In this document: positions 26,705 to 40,600 of the stretch, in pieces
How positions within the stretch are numbered: position 1 is the stretch's first letter
How the letters are laid out: every line of letters begins with the position of its first letter
Source of the DNA: Antedon mediterranea
Lineage: Eukaryota > Animalia > Echinodermata
DNA length: 64,000 nt
Reading direction: 5' to 3'
NCBI RefSeq assembly: GCF_964355755.1
Contig: NC_092675.1
Coordinates: 21,362,912 to 21,426,911, forward strand
Made by a program: the position numbers and the translations under genes
The notes under the pieces: generated by a model
What the model saw: the letters and a program-made list of their open reading frames with translations, nothing else
Told to the model about the DNA's origin: nothing
Database searches by the model: none

Positions 26705-29694
26705 TTATTCTACTTTTTCGGCATCTTCTGCATTTTTCTTCATCCACTTTATCTGTGTGCTTTTTCTGACAACCTCGGGATATCCTTCCATAATCATACG
26801 TTCCTCCCACTCCTCAATTTCTTCTTTGTATCTTTCTGTATCAGCGTTTGCTTTTTCTCGAAACACCTATAGAAGAAAATTGTGAATTGTTATGATGTAT
26901 GGCGCTCTTTATGGAAATAGCACATCAAACATTCTTCAATTTTAAAAGTGTATTCAGTTATAAAACCTAGCAATAAACATATCAGGTTTGATTAAAATAT
27001 ATTTGAGATATAAATAATCATAAAGGATTAATAATGGCAACGCAATGATGTTAATGACACCGCAAGTAATTTGACCAATCACGATGCATTTATCAATCAA
27101 ACTGTAGCTATATACAAACACAAAGACATGAAAAATTTTGGGCAGGGGAAGCTTAAACAAAATACATCGCTGTAGCTCAAATAAGCCAACTACCCCATAG
27201 AGATAGGAAACATTGATCTTATGTTGTTTCGTTGCGTATTTTAATAATATTTCACCAGGGAGGTATAAAATAATTATTTTATACCTCCCTGATTTCACAG
27301 TTTATTGTAATAATATACCAGAGGGCTTTAAAATATTTATATGCTATACTTACATCCTTTTCTTCTTCTGTCAAGGTTTTCCAATCTTGGCTGAATTTAG
27401 TCATTGTATCCTAGAGAAACAATTATACATTTTAGAGTTGATCTAAAACAAGCTGACCCTACATAATGTTTCATTATACATTTTGATGTTACATTCAACA
27501 CATCCAGTTTAAAAAAGTGACATGAAACAAACCGAGGTGAAAACATATCTTCCTTGGTGGAGGTAATAAAAACAAAACTAACCGTTTTGAACTCATGCAT
27601 CTCTGGCGCTCTGCTAATTACATAATATATGAATGCTGATCTTGGCTGTTTTGGTTTTTCTAATCTTTTTAAAAGCTGTTAAAAAAATAAATAATAAAAC
27701 ACAAATAAATTTTGCCATACTCTGACATAATGTGTACGTTATACCATGGAGAAAACTTATTTCTCCATGTTTATACTAAGTACATTGAGAATAATAAAAT
27801 AATTTTCGGGTGGGAGGGGCTCGAACCCACGACCTCCAAATTACTAGCGTACTACACAGTAGTAAACAAATTAAAGTAAACAATTACAGTTGTGCAGTGC
27901 AGTTACTCGCTGCTTACTTGGGCTCGAATCTAACCCTTAGCCATCAGCATCAGCGATCAGGAGGTCGTGGGTTTGAGTCCGACCTGAGAATTACTTCCGT
28001 ATTTTTTCGCGCAAAACATCTGACCAATTTCTTTATTCCTAACTACTTACTTATTGGAGATTTAGAAAGATTGGTTAATGCAAATACAGTACTCACAGCC
28101 TTTTCTCTACGTCTTGCCTTTTGTTGACGTTTATGTTTTTTTTCTACTTTCATTTCCTCCAATTCACTCTCTGTTAACGACGATTTAAAATCTTTTTGCT
28201 CTAATTGAAATTGTTCCTCTAAATCCTTTGCTTGTTGTGTGTACGTCTGCAAAGGAATTGAAATACCACTTATTGTACAATACAAGTTTATCAAAACAGT
28301 AAAACCAAAGAATCAATATATATGTTAACGTACAGTAGCAAAGTAAATCTTTAAAACTATATTACATACATGTTTTTCTTCCTCTGGAAGTTCTCGCCAT
28401 AAATCACCTAATTTTTTGGCAATTTCTTGCAATGGTATATCTAAAAAAAAAAAAAATTTAGACTGGTAAGAGTCTCTTTCTATGAATTTCAAATCAGGAG
28501 ATTTTCACTCCTAAAATATAATACATTATAATGAGTTTAAGAATTTGTTTTGTTGAAAAGCTGAAAAGATTATGTCTGTTGGTTGTGTGAAGGCACAAAA
28601 AAAACTTCCATAATGTGTAGGAGTCTGCAGCAAGCCTGTAGCCATCAATCACGCATACTGCTTTACATATGCTCACACTTTCCATCATTTTGAGGGGGAG
28701 GGAGAATACAATCCTGGCTAAGGGTCTATGCAGGTACGCATAGACAAACACTAACCTGGATTTTGTTCCATTATGTCTGGCCTGGTTTCCTTACAAAACT
28801 GAATAAAACTGTTGCCTGGCCTTTTAGGTGGCACTGCTCCTCCTGTGCCCATAAACTGCAATAGTACTGCTGGAGATCTGTGAAATAATTAATATTTTAA
28901 AGTATCTTGTGGGTATTAATCTTGGGGGACACAGTGAAAGGACACAGTGAAAGGACATAGTAAAATGACATAGTAAAAGTATTTTAAGCAATGTGCTGCT
29001 GGACACATGACAGAAGAGGTGTCTCTATCAAGAGAAGTCTCGTTAAAAGCTGTGCAAATGAGAAATAAAATTCTATAGCCTAGGCCTAGTATAAATTAGT
29101 ATAATATATTAATAATGTTTGTATATTTATTGCCATTGCATACAATGCCAAAATAAAAGCTACCTGTACAGTACATATATTATATTATACTATTCTAGCT
29201 AGACCTAGTTAGCCTAGGCCTATTCTATTTATTATAAATATAAAATTAAAATGAAAAACAATAAAAAATTTAATTATTAATCTTGAGCCACTACCAGCCA
29301 CCACCAACAAAGCCAATTACTTCTACCTGTAACTGAACCTTTATTTATTGTACAATGGCAGCGTACCTCACATTTCTGCCTATCTTATCTACTAGCCTAG
29401 TACTCTAGGCCTAGCTTTCTTTCTAGCCTCCATACACACACCACACATGGCGCGAAGGATCAGTTCAGTCAGTGGGTGATGGTTTGACATTTTGCAAATA
29501 CGAGAACACATGGTGTGCCTAGCTATGTACTGTTTCATCAGTGTATTGCTACTTATAAAATCTTATGTTTTTCCATATCACGGAGTTTATTCTTATACAT
29601 ACCTGTTAAATACATTGCTTAGACTTGTTTGACATTTTAAGAATATTCGACTACCTGCAAAAAATGTCTTGCAACAACCACATACAGCTGCCAT
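26705..29694 (-). CDS. TFAM: Transcription factor A, mitochondrial (two HMG boxes), 7 exons, about 248 aa
   Basis: Minus-strand exons 29694-29603, 28877-28756, 28440-28370, 28246-28097, 27675-27583, 27410-27354 and 26866-26705 (747 nt, in frame). N-terminus lacks acidic residues (presequence-like), HMG1 PPKRPGNSFIQF...LGDLWREL, HMG2 KPKQPRSAFIYY...WKTLTEEEK, C-terminal RYKEEIEEWEERMIMEGYPEVVR. Confidence 0.92.
27801..27992. repeat. Repeat with inverted tRNA-like B-box arms in a TFAM intron
   Basis: CTCGAACCCACGACCTCC (27820-27837) is the reverse complement of GGAGGTCGTGGGTTTGAG (27960-27977) with one mismatch. Confidence 0.5.
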
Positions 29695-30884
29695 TTTCGC
29701 GGTAGGCCTAGAATGCCAGGGTCGTTTGTAAACTACTCAACCGTATCAATTGAACTTTATTTTTGTTAAATAGATGATTGAATTTTAAATGAAAGATACA
29801 TTAATTGATTTGTAATCAAAACTTGATGCCATTTACATCCCTCTTTTCTTTTGATGCTGTTGCAGACTTTGTAACTGATTCTGATAGACATTTCTTTCTA
29901 ATCTGACTGAAAACTAAATGGCTTCCCAATAATAACTAGTAAACAAACGCTTCAACAATATCGATCTAATCTAATTGATATTTATTGATTACTGCTTCAC
30001 AATCTTACTTTGATTAGGAATTGCATTTTGTCACCATAATTATCCACATTGATCAAACAACAATATTTAATTGTGCAAGATACTTTCAGAAAAAAAAATT
30101 GTTGAAACCGCTATATTTAATTGTGCAAGGAACCATATACAGTCAACATTAAAATGATACTGTATAAACAAAATATAACGTATTTTGTCAAATTGACAAA
30201 AGTTAGTTTTTTAATATGATAAATGCACACTTTCATTTATCATATTTTTCTAAAAAGAAACTTTGCTATTGTTAATCGCTTCACCATTATTTTACAATTA
30301 TGTTATGATTTAGAGTGTATTACTGATGGATGTTTTTGTTTGTTTTTTTTAATTAGTAATCATAATAGCAATTATAATAGAAGAGTAACATTACAGTAAA
30401 CAGTACCTACAGAACTACTTTTCTACAAGTTACATTAGTCCTTGCTAGACCTAAAAACATAAGTTACTCTAGGCAGCTAACCATTTTCTTTGATTTTTTT
30501 GTCCTTATACAACGTTTGTGGAATGCATATACTTTTAAAGTTTAGTTTACTATACAGTATCCTAAATCAAAAGATATAATTATTAAACAAAATACAACTA
30601 ATATTGGACGTACAAACTAGCAATCAAAACAAACTGGACGTAACAAAATTGTAAACATTTATATAGAAATTTCGTAGAAAGAACAATATACTATGTCAGT
30701 AATAGATTGCACACACATGTTAGTTATATCTAAATATGTAATTTTATATAACACCTATATAAATTCCTGTCATTTGATTGGACGAATGTGGGTCACATGG
30801 CGTGCAATAGTACGCACTATTCAACGATCGTTAAATAGTACTTTTTGAAACATTTTTGTGTACGAAAAAAAAACGTCTAGATGT

Positions 30885-31060
30885 TATATAAAACAAATAA
30901 TGAATGTTTTGTATTCGTGTAATGGTAAAAATAATGGCACTTGGTGAATGATGAAAGGTTATATCAACTCGGCTTTGCCTCGTTGATATAACCTTTCAAC
31001 ATTCACCTCGTGCCATTATTTGTACCATTGCACTCATAAACATTCATTATTTGTATAATA
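30885..31060. mobile_element. Long hairpin repeat, Crypton-like non-autonomous element
   Basis: Imperfect inverted arms of about 75 bp (ACAAATAATGAATGTTTT...GAAAGGTTATATCAAC and GTTGATATAACCTTTC...AAACATTCATTATTTGT) around the loop TCGGCTTTGCCTC. The family assignment rests on resemblance only. Confidence 0.6.
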
Positions 31061-31655
31061 TTTCATAATCATAATTTTACGGGTTAGGGTAAAAAGTGTT
31101 GACCTGATGGGGTAATCCCATTGATGGAAAGGGGCATTTGATATGATACAAAGACACAACTCAACTCGGAATATAATTAATAGAAAGAATAATTTGATAA
31201 TTTGGAATAATTTTTCAGATCTGTGAATGCCATTAATATAAAATCTATAGCAATTATTTTATTTAGTTAGATAATCCTGTCTGCTTCTAGTATTACAACA
31301 TTTTCAAACCAAATTAAGAGAAATATAATCATAAAGATATACTTAAAGAATTATGTTATATTTTATACATTCTATATATTATCAATATATTTGGTTGTTA
31401 ATACAATATAATCAAAAACATCAATTATAACCATTATTCTTAAAAATGTATTATTTAAAACTACTTTTACTACTAGGATTGTGTACGATATACAACATTT
31501 GATATGAATAAATTTTAAAATGAACACCTCTACCTCATTAGACACTGCCTGAATAACTTTTTTTAAACATTCATATTTTTATTTAATATGCATCAGTAAG
31601 AAACATGATCAGTTTCTGAAGTTTGGACAGAATACTTCTAGCACTTGCGAGATGA

Positions 31656-34600
31656 CTAGTTCTTACCGACGAGAGCTTGGAGAAGTTTGCGATAGTCTCC
31701 GCTGCAGTCGCCTTCAATGAACTTGTACAAGGTCTTGTGGTACGTATCAAGGAATGCTCGTTTCACATCTTGAAGATCAATCTAAATGAAATTATGTTCA
31801 TAAAATTGGTAAAATTTGGTTTTCTAATTGAGGGGTTTACTGTATTCAATCATATAATGGAGTTTTTGTTAGGATCTCAATCTCAGGTTGTAGGTTCTAC
31901 TCCTATCTGATGCAGAATTTGTAGTGGAGCTGTAGCTTGCTGGTTACTGTGCTTATCACTCAATCCCAAGATCCCAGGTTCAATCCTGACCTAGTGTCAA
32001 GGTTGTAATTCAAGGCACTTTCTCCTCAAATGCAACAATTTATGCAGATATGAAAAGGGTATATAACTTTATAATTCTGATGAATTCTAATTTATTCATT
32101 ATTGGCAAGTTTCTCACTGTTGAATGCGTATGAAATAATTATAAAATAAAATACAATCATTTTTTTCTCATGACATATTAACTCAACTAATAATAAACTA
32201 TATATAATATATATATAATAAACTCTATTCAATCATATAATACTTGACTTGCACATTTGTCACCTATTAGCAAACACTTGACAATATATCTAAAACTTAC
32301 CTCAGAGCGGGTAACGATAAGTCTGATGAGAGTGCTATCATCTGTCCCGGCACCTTTCATTGACTTATACAAGCGTTCAGCAAAGAAGTATGGCCGATTA
32401 CGTACGCAATGAACTGTTAAAAGAAAACTAATTGTATTGTTTGCTAGATCATGTTTTCAAAAAGCTTACTAATAGAATTAATGATAATCATAATGTTTTC
32501 ATTGTACAGTATAAAGTTTGCGGTACACCATGTAAACTTTAAAAGGAGTTACTGGTAGATTATGTAATAATTATAATAATAATATGTTGAGCTGCAACCA
32601 AATGGTGCTTATTCTTCTGTCTACTACGACAGGAGCTGAGAGGGACCAGTACACAGAGTAACCTCCTACTCTTCCAAAAGTGCCAGTTTTAAGTCCTTAT
32701 TCAAGAAGACTTCAACCGCCAGAACTATGTTCATGTAAGGGTTGTGTGGATATGGTTCATGTTGCCCATGTCGTAACTGCTCAGCCATTCGACAATATTA
32801 TAGTGCATAGAATGCACCTCTCAACCTCTCTGAATTCGCAACTATTGGATAATATAAACAAAAACATTTCATACCAACTGTTTTGAATCCATCTCGGAGA
32901 TCACCAGACATTTCTCTATCAATAGAATTCAGAATATCACGTTGAGCTACCTATAAAATATGAAAATTTTTACATTTTTAGAGCAAATCCTCAAAAATAT
33001 TCTTCAATATAGTGTAGAGTAACTTTTGCACTTTTACTGTTTCTCCAAGCTAATATTTTTTTAAATTATTTCTGGTGGTTATTGCCCTGTCCTTTATTCT
33101 TAACAATATTGTAAATGAAGATACATCTAACAGTTGAGTGGAGTTAAAGTGCTTCAAGCTACCAATCTCAGGGTCCTGGGTTCAAATACTGTTTAAAAGA
33201 CTCACACACAATTGAAATAGATACCTAGATACATTACAAAAACAATACATGAAAAAAGCTGAGACACAACAATAATTAAAAAGGTTAACAAGGAATCGAG
33301 CCTGTCATGAACACTGACATCACTGGGCATTCACTTGGTGATCTCACCTTGCAGGTAGAACTTAAGTTTTTTAAGTTTTAAAATGTGTAAGACTAAGGCA
33401 AAATATATACATTTAATTACGCTTAAATAAAATAAAAAATAATTCCAACTATACCTTGACATATTCTTCAAAGGTTACTCTCAAGTGCGGAATGCTACGT
33501 GAGGCTAGGACAACATTGAAGGCCGACTCGTCTGTACCAAGCTTTTTCTCACCTGCCTGGTACAGGTCTTGGGCGTCCCTTGTAGCTTTGGCACGATCAA
33601 CTGAAGTACTTTCATCTCGATTACCCTTCAATAATAATCAGATGAATATAGTATGAAAGATACAATAGTATACAAAAAATAGTTTACTAATCAGTGGAAA
33701 CCGGTCCTTTTAATGTGAATGCTACATATGACATTATATGCTATTATTAATTATTATAATGAATTTTATTCTATTTTTTAAAAATCTGTTTTTTATAATT
33801 TATTTATTTGTTTAATATGTTTATAACTGTATTATATAAACATTCATTTTTTTGTATGCCTAGTTACTGGCTGCTTTGCCAAAGCATTATACTTAAGAAT
33901 CATATGAATACATAAGTCAAATAAATCAAATTTATTATTAATATTATTGTGTGGAAAAGTTTCATCACATTTCTATTTAAAATATAAAGAAATCTTCCTG
34001 ATCAGTAGACAAAAAGTGAGGATTTATCTCAAAATGAATTACCATGTATCTTTATAATTATTATTATTATTTGTGGTTGGCATAAACATTTTCATTATTT
34101 ATCCGATAACATTACTTCAACTTCTAATTAATTCAACATTTATTAATTTCTATCAATGGTTAAACAATACAATAAAAGAAGTAGTAATTAATATAATAAT
34201 GAAATAATACAACAAAACCAATAATAGAGGATCTTGCATTATAATTGAAATTTATTTAGGAATATTTGATAGCAAATACCTGACACATAGAAACAAGTAA
34301 TCGTTTGAAATGACCACTGGTTTCACTGACGCAATCTCTTTCCAGATCTCTGTGGTAAACTAAGAAAACAAAATATATTTAATACATAGGGTGGCTTAAC
34401 TAATAATCACTATCAATAATAATTTACTTATGGTCTAAAGTAAAGTATAACATACAAAGGAAAAGTCAAAATTATTGTCTTTAAATGTTCAATTACACAG
34501 GTAGTTTAAAAAAGCTACATCACAGTCAGTGATTTGCTTGGTCAAACTAATAAAGGGTTTAGTCCGGTAAAATTGTTGTCCATACAAACTTCACTTAATT

Positions 34601-37600
34601 TTCTTGTTTTACTGAAAGGCACTTATTAATTATAAGAGTTGTAAAATTAACTTTGAGGGTGCTATGTTGATTTTGTGACTACTATATACTACTATAATTC
34701 GCTAAGTTTAACTGACCAATGCTGTTCTCATTCGACTTTCCAGCTTGGCTTAACTAGCTTGATAATTTTATCCTAAACTAACCATAAAGCTCTGATAAGT
34801 GTATGTTAATAAAATGATGATGACAAGCTTTTTGAAATATAGTATCACAGTAAGTACTTACTCTCATTGTACTGCTGTTTGATATTTCTAATTTGCTCAT
34901 TTGTTCTGGTACACAGTATTTCAATCAAAACTGACTCATCTGTTCCAGCACCCTGGATACAACAAGTAAATACAATTTTAATAATTACTTTTATTTTAAA
35001 TCGCAACCTGATTCATCACAATTCAATATTAGAGCTAAGTAGATTTCATAGTGTAAGGAACAGTGTTTCTGCTATTATTATATTATTATTACCATTATCT
35101 AACTCTTTTTATAACGTTTTCAGATATTTTGCTCTAACTTCATATTATGTAGTTTATTGGTATTAATGGAGGAGTAAGAGCAGTTTTCTGTTTTGGTTCC
35201 TGTCTACTACTTGCACATGGTAAAGTGTGTATTCTATTATTCTTATTAAAGTTCCAAGCTAAAGTAATGTACATTTACAAACATAGTGCTATTAGGTCAC
35301 TTACTTTCATTGCATTGCGCAGATTGTAAGCATCATAGTATGCTGGTGGCATGAACAAACCAATCATTGCTTCCTCTAAATTACCACTAAGTTCCGATTT
35401 AATCTCTCTAATAAGATCCTGTAGAGAGAGATTGAAATATATTGATTGATTTTATTCGATATTCATACACAAAAGTTAAAATATACAATGTACAAAAAGA
35501 ATACCAGGATAACCCATTAAGTCAACAAATAAAAAGTAAACTTATTTCCAATGGGGTCCAATCCGTATTAACTGAAAAAGTGAGTGGTTGGGCCTAGTAC
35601 AATATATCATTAAGTTGGACGCAGTAAAAATGGAAAAAAAAAGAAAATACATATAAGACAAGATAACATCAAAAAACAATATTAAAAAATAACTTAATTA
35701 AACTGATATTCCAAGCTGTTCATTATTAAAATATTCTTTAAGTTTTATTTTGAAGGTTGCATTATTTTGTATTGATTTGAGAGAATTGGAGAGCCACGGA
35801 TACCTAAGAAATAAAAAGTCGAATCATTAACGCCCGTAGCCTTAGCAGTGAAAAAATTAAAGTAAATATAGTAAAACCACCTATTAATGATACACATTCC
35901 CATGAAACAAACAAAAGGAAATATACGGTCAAGGGGACACCTCTATTAAGGGGACACTTTGTTAGGTGTCCCCTTAATTAACAGGGTAATGTACTCAAAA
36001 CAAATCAAATATGGAATACAAGGCAAGGTCCTCTAAAGGTAGTCCCACTCTTGTTTGAATATACTATAGTATAATGCCCCTTTCTTATTGCCTAAAAACT
36101 CCAGTTTACACACACTGTGGTGTCAACACCTGCATTTTGTATGGTGTGGGCCCTGGTCTGTAGACTCAGGTACAGCTGTACAGTAAGAATGATTTCACAG
36201 TGCGGCACTAAGTTTTGAAAAATTAAAACATTTTCACCAGTCAACTTTTTTAGTTAACATTTTTAGTTGCAAACAAATGCAAATCGCATCGACAACGGTT
36301 AAGGGATGATTTCAGAATGCACAATCTGTATCTTTCCAACTGTTTTATTTACAGCATCTTTAGGATTACATTAGTTTCAGTACATTTACTAAATTTAACC
36401 GAATAGTGACCATGTACTTACCTTGCCATACATGGTTTTAAATGTAAGCTTGACTCGTTGACGCTGTTCATTGCTACGAGTCGAAATCAATTCAATCAAT
36501 GCTTTTTCATCAGTACCTAGTAATAAAAAATTAATTATGAATGCAGTTGTTCTGGATAGCGGTAATTTTTTTTCAACACTAACCGTTTTTTTTTACCAAG
36601 ATAGGTAAGTGCTGTTTAATGATTTGTACAGTAGGTACACCTCTGAAAATGTTAATTTTACATAGCATTATCAAATGGAGTGCGAGTGCTAATAAGGAGC
36701 TTTCGACCGATAAGAGGTCAGGTCAAATATCAGCTGGAAATAAAAACCATCAAAACTATGTCAAGAAAACATGTCCCAACTGCAGAGGGACAATGGGTGT
36801 AGATCTGGTAAGTAAATTATAAATATAAATATCTGATGATAATGATAACTAATGATAACGTACATACTATAAACAATCTGTTTATAATTGCTGCCGGTAC
36901 TTTTTGACAACCCTTCTAGTTGCCACCTCTCCATATAAAAAACTTTTCTAGGTCCTTAGTATGAATAAAATGATATTACAATGCCAAATTTGGTGCTATC
37001 AACACTCACCCATGCCCTTCATAGCCTTGCGGTACTTCTTAGCGTCTTCCTCAGCATCAAATGATGGGGCTGGTTTGACTGTACCTTGTGTGTGTTCACT
37101 CATGGAGAGGTTAGCCATTGCCTTTTGCACAGGGACAGTAGATTGGGGTGCAGCCTATCACAATAAATAAATATTAAACAATAAACAATAAGATATACTA
37201 GCCCGAGTTATCAATTCAATGCTGATTATCACAAGGGAAAGAAGGGTCCAGCCATTTCTGCACATTTAGCACTTTATGATGTGCAGTTGTGGTGGGATAT
37301 TTACTACAAACAACACATTCCCTTTGACTCTAAATTCATATATTGATGCATACAACATTTCATCAAAACCTTACCTGTGGCTGTGCAGTTGGTGGCTGTG
37401 CAGCTGGTGGCTGTGCAGCTGGTGGCTGTTGGTAGCCTGCTGGTGCTGTAGATAATAATAAAAATATGCATTAAAAATAAAATTTACTAAATTAAAATAC
37501 TCTGGTGAAATACAAAACAAGATATCAAAATGTTGTGAAGCATTTTTACAAATCTATTAACTACCTTTAACTACAGTACCTTTGTTCTAAATGCCCCACA

Positions 37601-40600
37601 GCTCAAACCTAAAACCACACATTTAAAGGGTAACTTAAAAATTCTCTCAATGTAATAGGTCACGTGGCATTAATGTTGCATCTTTTATTGAAACTATGTA
37701 GGGGTGATAAAAAACTAGTCTAAAGTTCTTTCACCAAAGCTGAAGCACTTACACCTGTTATTCCATTTAACCTAAGCTCATCTACCAGTCTAAAGCTCAT
37801 CCATTTAATCTAAGCTCATCTACCAGTCTAAAGCTCATCCATTTAATCTAAGCTCATCCACCATTCTATAAAGCTATTCCATCCAATCTAAGCTCATCCA
37901 CCAGTTTAAAGCTCATCCGTTTTATCTAAGCTCATCCACCAGTTTAAAGCTCTTCCATCTAATCTAAGCTCATCCACCAGTTTAAAGCTCTTCTGTTTAA
38001 TCTAAGCTCATCCACTAGTCTAAAGCTCTTCCATCTAATCTAGCCTCATTCACCAGTTTAAAGCTCATCCGTTTAATCTAAGCTAATCCACCAGTCTAAA
38101 GCTCATCCATCCAATCTAAGCTCGTCCACCAGTCTAAAGCTCTTCCATCCAATCTAAGCTCATCCACCAGTTTAAAGCTCATCCACCAGTCTAAAGCTCA
38201 TCCATTTAATCTAAGCTCATCCACCAGTTTAAAGCTCTTCCATCAAATCTAAGCTCATCCACCAGTCTAAAGCTCATCCATCCAATCTAAGCTCATCCAC
38301 CAGTCTAAAGCTCATCCATTTAATCTAAGCTCATCAACCAGTTTAAAGCTCATCCATTCAATCTAAGCTCATCTACTAGTTTAAAGCTCATCCCTCCAAT
38401 CTAAGCTCATCCACCAGTCTATAAAGCTCATCCATTTAATCTATGCCCATCCACCAGTTTAAAGCTCATCCATCAAATCTAAGCTCATCCACCAGTTTAA
38501 AGCTCATCCGTTTAATCTAAGCTCATCCACAAGTTTAAAGCTCATCCGTTTAATCTAAGCTCATCCACCAGTCTAAAACTCATCCATTTAATATAAGCTC
38601 ATCCACCAGTTTGAAGCTCATCCATCCAATCTAAGCTCATCTACCAGTCTAAAGCTCTTCCATCCAATCTAAGCTCATCCACCAGTCTATAAAGCTCATC
38701 CATTTAATCTAAGCTCATCCACCAGTCTAAAGCTCATCCATCCAATCTAAGCTTATCCACCAGTTTAAAGCTCATCTGTTTAATCTAAGCTCATCCACCA
38801 GTCAAAAGCTATTCCACTTACCATTCATCCACCACCATGACATGTGATATTCATCAACCAATCAAATGACAATGACACACAAAGGTATTTTATAATATAT
38901 TATAATCAATACTGCTTTATTATATATTCCCAAAAATGTTAATCATAAGCATCTAAAAGATGTAAAAATATGCAAGAAAAACAATAAAAAAAATTACAAA
39001 ACAAACTGACCAGAAGATGTAGTTACATCTACTTTTTTGTTTTAGAAAGATGAAAAGAAAACATAAGATAAAATACAAAATAAAAACATAGACAAACACA
39101 CATAATATAGTGAACATCAAAATAATGTGAAAAAAACTACAAAGTTCAGTAGTACTGTATATACAGTATCAATAAATTTACATCAAAAAAATGACAAAAT
39201 AAAAAAACATGCTAAAACACAAAAATTTAAGTGTAATTGAAAACTTTTGTTCTAATAACAAAAATTTATATTCATTGAAATATTTAGATTTTCTGAAAAT
39301 TATGTTTTTCTTTAATTTATATTATAATTTAGTGTCTTATAAATGTTTTAATTCCATGAAATGATTGAAAGAACTGTACAATAGTTGGCAATGGTACTAC
39401 TGTACTACACCATTAATAATTCATTAGACTACTGTACTACACCAATAAAAACTACTAAATTAAATATTACTGGTATGGCATTCTATTAAGTAAACAATGA
39501 AGTGTTACTACACTTTTGAACATTACAGGTAGTAGCACTGAATTAGTACTTTGCATATGAATAGTTATACTATCTATTGGTTTGTATTTGTTGGGTCGAG
39601 ATTTCTAATCTTGCAAAAAAAAACTAATATTTTGAAACTGACATATTTGTTTAGTATTGTGTACCGAGTATCAGCATCTACAAATTACTATTTAATCAAA
39701 TGTATGAGGGGTTACCGTATATTTTGGTGTATAAGTCGCACTTTTGACACGCAAATTTGACCTCTAAATTAAGGGTGCGTCTTATACACCGAACATAAAT
39801 GCCTCACCACACAGATTGTACATAGGCCTAGGTAGGCTATCGTCACTTCGTTTGCTAGGCCTAGCTACAGTAACTAACTAACGTAACGGCAACCTGCTTC
39901 TGCCTAGGCCTAGTTTTCAAGTCATTTTAGCATGATGTTATACTAAATATGATGAAAAGATTTGTTCATTATGGCGCTCCGATAAAATTTCATTTGTAAA
40001 CGTTTACGTCGTACGATTGGAATAGTATTTATTTATACAGTAGTTATACGCACGATCGCCGTACCCCAAGCGCAAGCCCTTCTTTTGGTGGCACATGGTG
40101 TACGGTATTCGACTAGTATATTCTCCAGGTGATTATAGCATGGACCTACCGTACACACTTCTCGGATACATAGATACTAATCGAATACGATTGTCCGTGA
40201 AAACGTGCGCCCTCTCGAAATGATCGAGCGAGGCTAGCCCACACACGTGCGTGTTACACACACGGTCATGCACTCGATGTTGCGGCGAAACTCATGAATA
40301 ACAAGTTAGAAAGAACTTGTTGAGGCTGGGCGCGGTCGAGCCTAGGTAAGAAAAACCTAAATAAAGGACGCCGTTGTAGATATAACAAAATATATTATTA
40401 CAATAATATTGATTACAATTTAAAAAAACATTGTTTTGATGAAATATAAGGTGCGTCTTATACATCGACGATATAAAAAATACCGATATTTTACTCTCAG
40501 TTGGGGGTGCGTCTTATACACAGGTGCGACTTATACACCGAAATATACGGTACTACAAATAGTTGGTGACTGTCACCAAGCATTTAACATTGCTGATGGT

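Noticed and set aside
37760-38815. CRISPR-like array
   Set aside because: The intervening sequences are recurrent variants rather than unique spacers, there are no cas genes, and it lies in a eukaryotic intron. It is a minisatellite.
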